Assembly: GCA_022813865.1 (NCBI GenBank)
Contig: JALDZX010000037.1
Coordinates: forward strand, 62,001 to 126,000
Length of the DNA stretch: 64,000 nucleotides
Direction: 5' to 3'
Source of the DNA: Xylographa opegraphella
Lineage: Eukaryota
Each line of letters begins with the position of its first letter. Within the stretch, counting starts at the first letter, position 1. Below the pieces are notes generated by a model, which saw nothing but the letters and a program-made list of their open reading frames with translations, was not told the origin of the DNA and made no database searches. A program made the position numbers and the translations under genes. This document shows, in pieces, positions 54,552 through 64,000 of this stretch.

Positions 54552-57302
54552 ATGGCAAACCGCGCTCTCACCCCAAAACACGTCTCTGAGCACGGCAATC
54601 TCAGCAATGACAATAGCAATGAACTCCCAAGAGCCGCAGACAACACTCACAGCGACCCAGCAGCCACCATTGACGAACAGCAAGTCAAGCTGTACGACAC
54701 GCCTCCGTAAGTTTCATAGCCCATATTCCGCAGTTCCCCTCCTCACCACGCCCACCATGGGTTTTCCAGCTAATGCTGCCCCACGATCACAGGCAGAGCT
54801 ACTCCGAAGCAGTCGATCCTCTTACATCGCGGAAGGACGGCAAGTTGCGAGCGGAGAGTCTAGGGATCAGTGGTATGTATTCTCTTCGTTCGTGTCCTGC
54901 TATGGCCGTAGGGAGTTGGTGGCTTACCATCCTCGTGCAGCAAGTGCAGGTCGAGGTCACTCTGCTTCTTCTGCCGCTGTGCCAACGATGGCATCTCAGC
55001 AGAAGCTTCCATATTTTGACGGCGCCGGCTCGCAGCCGGAAAAGTTGGCTGTGCCGCGGCCAAATGTAACACGCGAGCCAAATCCTTGTGTGCCTCCGCT
55101 GTCGATCGCGCAGCGACTTGAAGGGCAGGCTGTCAGGTTCAGCGAGACGCGTGACCACAATGTTCCAGCTTTGCGTTTGGATCAAGGCCATCTCCCCCGT
55201 TTCAACACATCATTTGTTGTTCCAGGGCCGGTGCAAGCCTCGGAGTCGCCAGGAACTAGAAACCCTTATGCAGATCGGGCTGATGAGATTGGGCCAGCCC
55301 ACGGTATTCCTGGCGTTGGCCATCTGGGAAATTTGCTAACACCTCCCGGCTGGGTTGAAGGTATGAGTCCTTTTGACACTAAGCAGGTTAATCAATTGTA
55401 TGACATGGCCCGTAAGAAAGCCCGGGAGACGCTGGCAGCAAATGCGGTCAATTTGGAAAGTCTAACTCCGCAAGAACGAGCGACGAAGGAGAAGGAGCGA
55501 GACAAGAAATGGGAGACAGAGCTCAGATTAGAAAAGATCCTGCTGATGGAACGTCTTGCTGTCTATCAAGCCCAAGGGGTCAGTCCGTCGAAGATCGTAT
55601 CTGGACAAGTCGTTGCACAGGGTTCGGATTTCCATGCAACACTCGATCCGTCACTCCAAAACTCGATTCCCTATCAGCATGACACCTTTAGGCCCGAGAT
55701 GCCGACTCTATTCCAGCCGAACTATGGTCCGATGACGCCCTCGCTCCAGACTGTCCAAGGTAAGATGAATTTTCACACAAAGAGCGCAGCTAATCTCCGG
55801 ATTCATGTAGCTCAGGCCCAATTCGGCCCAACTCATGTCGGATTCGCGAACCCCACAGCTCTTGATCCTAGATTGGCCAAAGAGTCCCTGGAGATGGTAG
55901 TGGCTCGCCATGCTCACAAGAAGGACAACCTGCTGCGCGAACTTTGGGAGAACGATCGATGGTTCGACATATTCCTGGCAAATAATGGCTATCAATTCTC
56001 TCAGGGGCCGATCTCCCGTGAAATTCGTGCACCTGTCTTAAATCAGCACAACGATCCTTTCCAAGTAGGACGGGCTATTGATCCTAGAGCGCACCTAAGA
56101 CCGCATTCATATGTATCCCCGACAGTTCCAAATTTTGGCAATTCGCAGATGATGGCACCTGCATTCAACAATATGACGCAGTCGTTCCCAGCAGGCCCAG
56201 ATCCATCTCGCTATGGTAGAGGAGATGCCACATTGCATGGCCATCCCAACAACATGGCACCGAATTTCATTTCCGGGCGAAATGAAAACCTTCAAATGTA
56301 CAATGTCGACTCCGGAACAAATGAACCACTCGATGGCAGGACAACAAACAAAAAGGTCAGACTTTCGAAATCGTTTAGCAGATTCATCGCTAACATATAT
56401 AGAAGAGAGCTCCAAGGAAAAAGCCGGAAGCAAAGAAAGAAGAAAAGCTCAAGCCATGGTACCACGACCAAATGGCACAGGCTGACTTACCGACCTCGGC
56501 CTTGTCTGCAGATGCTATGCAAGCTGGTATCGATTTCGGAACAACGGGTGTCAAAGCTAAGCAGTCAAAAGCAAATACCAAACCAGCAAGCTCTGCCCCA
56601 AAGAAACGTCGCAGAAAAGACGTCAATACCACCGTGGAAGGGTTTCAGATCTCCAAGGATCATGGTGCGAAGATGCTAGAGGCGTATAACAATGGAACCA
56701 TGCATCCAGGTATGAAAGTAGTGTGGGAAACAGCTCGCGGAGCAGGACGACTGGATAATCTGTTGAGCCCAATGACTTCGTATTCTCCATACAATGATCA
56801 AGCCAATATTAGCGACGTCAACCACGTCAACCCTACAGGTCCACATGGATACATGTTACCTGGGTCGATGGAAAGTCGCATGGTTCCTAGGACGGCAAAT
56901 CCTTTTGCCCACAATCCAGTAATGAGTAATCAGGATCTCGAGAATCGTTGGCAGCCAGTGGTTCCAAGCCAGGCATATCAAGTGCAGCACACCACAGGCT
57001 CCACTAATATCACCCCTTGGGCTTCTAACGTTCGGCGATTCACCAATGCCAATGCTGGACAATCAAGCCAGTTTAGCACAGCTACCAGCACCGAACACGA
57101 CGACGAGAATGATCCGACTTTTGAGATGAACTCAAGCCGTATCGAAGGAGCTGCTTCCAATCGTAATGGACCTGCAACCTTCAAACGTAAAGCTCTCTCC
57201 CAGACGGCGGGCACTAAACGCCCTCGTCCCGCAAATGCTTCCCGCCAAATCGATGGAGCCATCGATTTGACAAGCTCTTCAGTTTCAACTCAGAAAAACT
57301 GA
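54552..57302 (+). CDS. Large, mostly disordered hypothetical protein, probably nuclear
   Basis: ATG in an AAAATGG context at 54552. Introns ~54707-54770, ~54873-54949 and ~56356-56403 link ORFs 54607-56679 and 56472-57302. Motifs PKKRRRK, KRK..KRPR, IDLT. Confidence 0.65.
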
Positions 57303-58335
57303 TACGTGAGACGTGTAGTGCTGCATGTTGTCTGGTTGGTATCATACAATGTAGCGAATGACGCGTCTCCTGTGTCGTGCTGCTGATGAAGAGGGTGGAT
57401 CGTCATCACGCAATTGTGGCGTAAAATCCCCGTACTGGATCTCGTACATCGGCAGAATATATCCTTTGTCGAGCCTCGGCTGCCTTCTTCCACGATTTCG
57501 AAGTGCCGAAGATGGTTCACGCAATAATGGATATGATCGTGAGCGAGCAGGAGCAATTGTTCAGAACATCTTGTGATTTGGTTCATAATTTTCCGACAGC
57601 GTGGCCAATGGCTCTTAATAGTTTGCCTTCTCTGACCCTTCTTCATCAAGGCTCTCAGTTAAGTGCTTTTTGCTTTTCTTTTTTTTTCCTTTGTCTTGCT
57701 TTGTTCCACTCCCTTCGATAGATCGATTGTTGATTTTTGCTTGTCAGCCAACCAGCGATTCTGGTCTCCCCACACGTCAAGGCTTGCAGCCGTATGTTGT
57801 TCATCTTCATTTTTCTCTCCACTCACTTCGGTAGATCTTTAATTTTCAGCCAGGGAGCGACTTCGACCACATTCGACCACGACGTGTGGGTTATGACAGC
57901 AGGAGAGTGTTGTTGTTGTGGGTGTGGGCGAGAGACGTCAGGATAAGAAGCACGCTTGACCCCATCCAAGCAAGCGTAATGCCCGGATCTCGGCATTTTC
58001 TCCTGCTTTTTATGTCCGGAGGGTTGTCGGACCGGGGCTTACCGATCAAAAGTTGTACTTTAGTCATGCGTCAGATTATGCAAAACTCTCCACTATTGGC
58101 TGGAAGCGCGCATTACTCATGCGGTCGAGATCTGGAATGCACCTTTCGCAAGACTCGTAGTCGCTCCCACCACCCGCGAAAGGGCATTGGGACGGAAGCT
58201 GCTTCAGCCAGATGCGAATGCTCCTGGCGTCGGCATGTCCCTCTACGCTATCCTATCCTATCCTGTCTGCTCCCTTCCTTTCGCACATCACAATTGATAC
58301 TGCTCACAAAATTTAATGCGTAGTTACTCCCAACC

Positions 58336-59021
58336 ATGTCCCTAGCGAGTCTGACCTACCCTTTCCTCCTTGCGAAGTCCAAGATCTCCCCAGACACCGC
58401 TCCGGCACGTCCAAAGCTCCCCGCCCTGGCGGGGCTCCATCAGCTCTCGTTCCCTGTCTCCGATCTCGATGTCTCACTCGCGTGGTACGAGTCCGTGCTC
58501 TCCGCTGCACACCTTCTCGCGCTAGATCAGTACACAGTCCGTGGCCAGCGATCCGCTGCGCAGTTGAGCATGCCGGCGCTGAGCCAGGCGTGCTTGCACC
58601 TCAGGTGCGCTTTCGCCTACTGACTCGGTTGCATTGTGTCGATGATGGGGGCTAATTATCAACCCATCTGAAGGCTTGATCATGATCAGGCGAAGCATAC
58701 GAGAGGATCCCATGCTGTGACGTGGGCAGTCAGTTCGAGGGCTGAGCTGCAGGCCTGGATCGAGTGGCTGGATGTCAAGGGGGTAAAGCGCAGTAGGATC
58801 CTCATGGGGTCGGTGGGGTGGTTGCTGGTGTTTGAGGTGAGTGCCGGTTGGCTTGACCCCTTTTGTGGGGAACCACGGCGTCGATGGGCGGAAAGGGGGG
58901 AGAGACTGACGATCAGCAGGATCCAGATGGGCGGTTCTTGAGGCTGCACACGCAAGAATCACACGACGTGACGACGGAGGTTGATCGGGATGACTATTGG
59001 CTTACGGATGGGGGGTGGTAG
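58336..59021 (+). CDS. VOC (glyoxalase/bleomycin-resistance) superfamily protein
   Basis: GLHQLSFPVSDLDVSLAWYESVL|..VTWAVSSRAELQAWIEWLD..GWLLVFE|DPDGRFLRL. Introns ~58605-58673 and ~58837-58919; stop TAG at 59019-59021. Confidence 0.8.
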
Positions 59022-59376
59022 TATTCTCCTGGGGATTGGGGGAGGGTTCAGTTGGGTAGGTGTCTTGATGCACTGAAGCTGTGACCAGTCTGCGGGTCTT
59101 GGGTTCGGACTGCATTTAGTTGAATTTTATTCTTGTGATCTACTGCTATGAGTCCTTGGTTGTTATTGGTCCGTTCTCACCACAAGTCTTCTCATTTAAC
59201 TCCTGTAGCAATCCACCTCTCCTTGGTACTCCAGTAAGATTTGACAGCATCGCCAAATCATGTCTTGTCTCCGCACTCGCGACCGCCATGATTTGTCTAC
59301 TTCATCATTTAGCGGACTTGCAGTCGAACCTCCTCATGGATACGTTCGTGTTCAACTTACGTTGAGAGTCAGGGCG

Positions 59377-59700
59377 ATGGTATCCCTCAAGGGCGTCACA
59401 ATGAGTTATTGGGCGTTGTCGTCAGAACTTTGTTGAGGAGTTTCGCCAATCGAGAAACCGGAGCTGAACTTCGAGTCAACTTTGGCCTTCTTTATACAGA
59501 ACCAATATCGCTTCTAAAGACCAGGGAAATTTTTACACGCCTTAGCTTGACTTGTCTTGCTTGACTGAACTGGTTTTCGACGAGAACGACCCGTGTCTGA
59601 ATGTCCGCCAGAATGATTAAAGAAAACATTTGGATGTTAGTATCGACATATAGAGAATATGGTGGAGGAATGGGCTAATCAATTGAGTAAGAAGCTTGCC
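59377..59700 (+). pseudogene. Decayed paralogue of the 47395-48904 gene
   Basis: MVSLKGVTM vs MISLQGVTI; upstream GTTGAGA..GTCA..CGATG is shared; KHLDVSIDI*RIW vs SNVEIDLDSWMVW. Stops and frameshifts present. Confidence 0.4.
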
Positions 59701-60759
59701 AGAACAATGACACCTGTGAAATTGACAGTCATATTTTCATGGCAAATGAAGAAACATGCCACAGATGCTATAGAATCTGAGTTGGAAACAACAGCTGACT
59801 AACGACAAGGTACAGCAGACGCAGTAAAGAAAGCTGCATTAAGAGACGCAGGGAAGTAGCCATAGATCTCAAGCTCGCTGACAACCTATAATTCTCATGC
59901 TGCTGTCAATATATACACATTCAGCCGCGAAACCGTGTCGCAGACTGGAAGCACCTTCAATCGTGGAATGCGGATTTCTAGTTTGTTTGGAAGCAATATT
60001 TCGAATGTTTCCTTCATGTGAAATGCATCTGACTGTTCCAAGTTGTGTTTGCCGATCCCAGCTGCTCTGATTTCTGCTTGCAACATGAAGAGTTGTCATC
60101 TCATTCTTCATTTCACAATTTTATCTCACTCTCTACTCTCTCACAGACCCTAGCAAAGCGATTCCGCAACTGGAGCAGATAGTGCTGTTTTGTGATGGCA
60201 GATTGGTCGTGCCTCTTGTGCTGAGGAGCGTGATGGTTCTCGCCCGTACGAATGCCGATTGCAGACTTGGGTGAAGACAGTATCATTGCGCTCTGGGCGA
60301 AACTATAAATAGATATATCTAAGCATACTGCGTGGGTACGTGAAGGGCCATAACTAAGTCTGAAGGCAGCTGAGACTTAGGGAACTCAGTATAGCGAGAA
60401 GGAGGCATTATCAGCTGAGAGCAGCAAAGTATATACATCGGAAGACATCAATAATCAAATATGAGTGCAATTGAACTGTCTCACATGTCATAACTGGACG
60501 TTGTCGTTACAAAGTAGTGGTATCTTAAATAAAGGATGCTCGTTAGTATATGTCTTGTCAAGTACAACCAGCGCGTGTACAATCTTCTGTGACCAGCAAG
60601 CCCATTTGACAATCACGTTGAATGGGAGTCAGAGTCTTATCATAGTCCTTGAATCTTTAATCCGGTGGAAGGACGAAAAAGATAATGATTCAAGCGGGCC
60701 AACGACCATTGTGACGGTACTTTGATGTATGATGATGGATAAAAATTAGCATCCTTCTA

Positions 60760-62337
60760 ATGATGACCACCATCACAAGAATAGGTATGAGTGATGCTGT
60801 AACTCAACAGTCTTCTCTCCCCATCGGGAACGTGTGCTTAGATAAATTGAGTTATAATCAAGGAAGATGCTCTGCAATCGACTGGGGTGTGGCGCACGAA
60901 GGGCAGGCTGCGGAAGATGGGATAATAGGCCACCACCTTTCTCCAATCGATGGAGGAGCAGCGGCTTGGAGAGTTCTCTTCGGAGCATTCGTATTTGAAG
61001 CACTTTTATGGGGTAAGGTCTGATCTCTCTACTATGCTCAAATACCCGCCGTTCACATATTCCATCAGGATTCCCATTATCTTTTGGCGTTTTCCAGAAC
61101 TACTATTTCGAACACGAGCCGTTTCGTGGCAATAAAAATATCCAGATCGTGGGCACCGTTGCCACCGGTATAACATACCTTGGGGCACTTTTCACCACGC
61201 CCTTCGTCAAAAAGTATCAGCGATATCAGAGGCACATGGTATGTTTGGGCTGGGCTACATGCATTGTATCACTTATAGCGGGTAGCTTCGCAACTCAGAT
61301 CGGAACTCTCATCTTCACCCAGGGAATTCTGTACGGCACGGGGGTTCTGATACTGTACTACCCACTGCTGAGCATGGTCAATGAATGGTTTGTCCAGAAA
61401 AGGGGTCTAGCTTATGGAATTTTATACTGTGCAACGGGTGTTACTGGCGTAGCCTTTCCTTTTGTCATAGAATCCCTGCTCATGAGATATGGTTACGCCA
61501 CTACCTTGAGGGCACTTGGAATAGGTATCGCAGTGCTCACTGGTCCCTGTCTTCCGATCCTCAGGGGTCGTCTGCCACCCTCGCAAGAGAGTGCCATGCA
61601 GAAGACGGACTGGTCATTTCTCAAGACACCATTATTCTACCTGTATGCCATCTCCAATCTATTTCAAGCAATGGGATATTGGTTTCCAGGGCTTTTCTTA
61701 CCATCATATGCCACGTCAATTGGTCTCAATCCTGCGGCCGGCGCACTTCTCCTTGCACTTTTTAGTATGGCACAGGTTGGTGGTAAGTACTTTGTCGTTG
61801 GACTTCATGAATCTCAATCCACTAACTCTAGTACGTTTAGGGCAATTGACATTTGGCTTTTTATCAGACGGTCGACTTCCACTACATACCTTGCTACTGT
61901 TATCTCCCTTAGTCTCCGCCATAGCGACATTCGCTCTCTGGGGCTTTTCGCATTCACTACCCCCACTCAGTATATTTTCTCTTATCTATGGATTCTTCGG
62001 GGCTGGTTATGTTGTGCTATGGGGTCGTATGGGTATGGCGCTCAGTGATGATCCGACTGCAGCGCTAGCCACGTACAGCGTCTTTGCCTTTCAAAAAGGT
62101 ATTGGAAACGTGGTTGCCGGACCGATCAGTGCAGCATTGTTAGTTGAGAACACTAATACGAGCAGCTATGGCGTGATGCGGTACCAGAACATTATTATTC
62201 TCACCGGAGCCAGTATGCTATTGAGTTCACTGAGCGCTGCAGCTTGGTACATCAAGCCAGCCGGTTATATAGCGCGTCGATACGCAACGGTTGCTTCCGC
62301 ATTGCTCTCTCATTGGCTAGACCTTCGGCATCGATGA
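60760..62337 (+). CDS. MFS monocarboxylate porter family transporter (Mch-like)
   Basis: PIDGGAAAWRVLFGAFVFEALLW|GFPLSFGVFQ, TQGILYG, NEWFVQKRGLAYG, FLPSYA, |GQLTFGFLSD. Introns ~61013-61068 and ~61783-61840. Confidence 0.9.
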
Positions 62338-62880
62338 TTTGACAGTAACGATGTCTACGAACTGTTGGCTCTGCGGTGTTTCAAGCAGGAAAGAGGTAGC
62401 AGCAAGTACTGTCCGTTCATACGAGTCCAATATTTGCCCATATGCACTGATGGTGACGGTTATCCGTGTCTTCATTTCACAGCTAATGAATGTACATTAC
62501 CCTTGCAACGTACATCGTGAGTAGATAGCAAGCAGGCTGTGATTAACATGGCCATAGATGAACGAGTATTGAAGCGACATCACCTCTTCAATGGAGATCC
62601 ACCAATCAAATCATGTGCATTTACTTGATGCTGATATGATTGGTCAATTCCTAGTGCGCAAGCCGTCGGCCGATCCCCTGCCGAAGCACAGACCAGCAGC
62701 TGGTGCAGGGATGGTCGATTTTGTCGCCGAACTCCAGTACGTCACACGAGTCTTGCCACGAACTTTGGTGAACGCTGCGTTATTCTCGTGTCACGGCTGG
62801 ATCTCTGGTATTGCTATTCAATTTATTGCCGATACACTGCGCAACATTTCCGTTGAATTTCTGTATCGCCTTCAATCGAC

Positions 62881-64000
62881 ATGGAACGAGCCAATTACCA
62901 TGCGCCGGAGGAGACCACCCAGCAAAGTGTGGCTCCCCTGGGCGTCTCAGAGCAGCATGAATTGACCGAGGCTACTCTGGCGCACATCGAGAAAATGTCT
63001 CTCTATGTGAGTGACCACTCTGGCGAAGCCATTCGCCCGCCACCTGGATGTCCCGCCGAAGGGCTCTTTGGACGAATTCGAGTGGGCAGTCGTAACTCTA
63101 CTCTGGCATTGATACAAGCCAACCACGTCGTAGCTGCTCTATTCAAGACTCATCACGGATTCTCGTTTCCGGTCTCTACACACAGTGTCAAAGGAGACGC
63201 TAACAAAACCGCACCGTTTCTCAAACTGGCCAGCGAGGTCGGCAAAACCAATGCCAATGCTGCGAAAAGCTTGTGGACGATGGAATTGGAGGACAAGTTG
63301 CTGGACGGAGATTTGGACATAATAGTGCACTGCTTGAAGGATATGCCTACCGTGCTTCCAGAAGGGTGTACAATCGGTTGCATACCGCAACGGGCCGACC
63401 CCACCGATGCCTTTGTTGTGAAGAACGGCCTGTCTTACAAGTCACTTCAAGATCTTCCCGCCGGTGCCGTCGTGGGCACCAGTTCCGTCCGTCGAACTGC
63501 ACAATTGAAGCACTACTACCCCCATCTCGAAGTCAAGGAGTGCCGCGGTAATGTGTTTGTCTCCTCTTCATTTGCCATGTCTTCTTCGACTGACTGTTCC
63601 CTTTCAATAGCGACTCTCGACTGAGGAAGTTAGATGCAGAGGATTCGCCATACAGCGCAATAGTCGTCGCAACCGCCGGCCTGGTCCGGTTGAACAGGGA
63701 GCACCGCATCACAGCTCGTCTGACCGCGCCGACATATCTCCACGCTGTGGGTCAAGGTGCTCTTGGGATCGAGATTCGTTCTAATGATGCCAATACTCGT
63801 CGGATCATAAGCGCAATCGATCATCGGCCTACACGCCTTGCGTGTCTTGCAGAGCGATCGTTATTGCGATACCTTCAGGGCGGATGTTCTGCTCCCATTG
63901 CCGTCCAAAGCTCCTTTCGCAGCACCAGCAGCGAGTCGAATGGCGCAGTCAATGGTACCGCCAGTTGTACCGGCAATGGTAACGCCAGTTGTACCGCCAA
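62881..64000 (+). CDS. HEM3: Porphobilinogen deaminase (hydroxymethylbilane synthase), 3'-truncated by the window
   Basis: GSRNSTLALIQ, GD..KSLWT.ELE, VHCLKDMP, VGTSSVRR, RGNV|DSRLRKLD, AVGQGALG, AERSLL..LQGGCSAP (cofactor Cys). Intron ~63555-63610. Confidence 0.9.
63951..64000 (+). repeat. 24-bp tandem repeat inside the HEM3 coding region
   Basis: AATGGTACCGCCAGTTGTACCGGC / AATGGTAACGCCAGTTGTACCGCC encode NGTASCTG / NGNASCTA. Runs off the window end. Confidence 0.7.

Overview
Eukaryotic DNA from a filamentous ascomycete (Pezizomycotina), judged from short GT-AG introns with CTRAC branch points and from the gene families; I cannot assign a species. 1-28.4 kb is a dense housekeeping block: class II glutamine amidotransferase, condensin Ycg1/CAP-G, cysteine synthase, Trk K+ transporter, MCM5, two DHA1 MFS transporters, a PQ-loop protein, an RA/PH-like protein, an F-box/LRR protein and a GH16 glucanase. 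A FucP-type permease follows. 34.1-45.0 kb holds a complete carotenoid/retinal/rhodopsin cluster (carO, carB, carRA, divergent carX) in the Fusarium car-cluster layout; this system is already known. 45-60.7 kb looks accessory: a minisatellite, a secreted protein with Kex2-type sites, an orphan multi-exon gene plus a decayed copy of it, a possible RRM relic, a Ded1/Vasa-like DEAD-box helicase with GW motifs and a multi-intron 5' leader, a large disordered orphan with NLS and SIM motifs, and a bacterial-like VOC gene. The window ends with a monocarboxylate MFS and an atypical porphobilinogen deaminase. The best candidate for something undescribed is the helicase-centred block, which is inference only. 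All exon boundaries were read by eye and are approximate.
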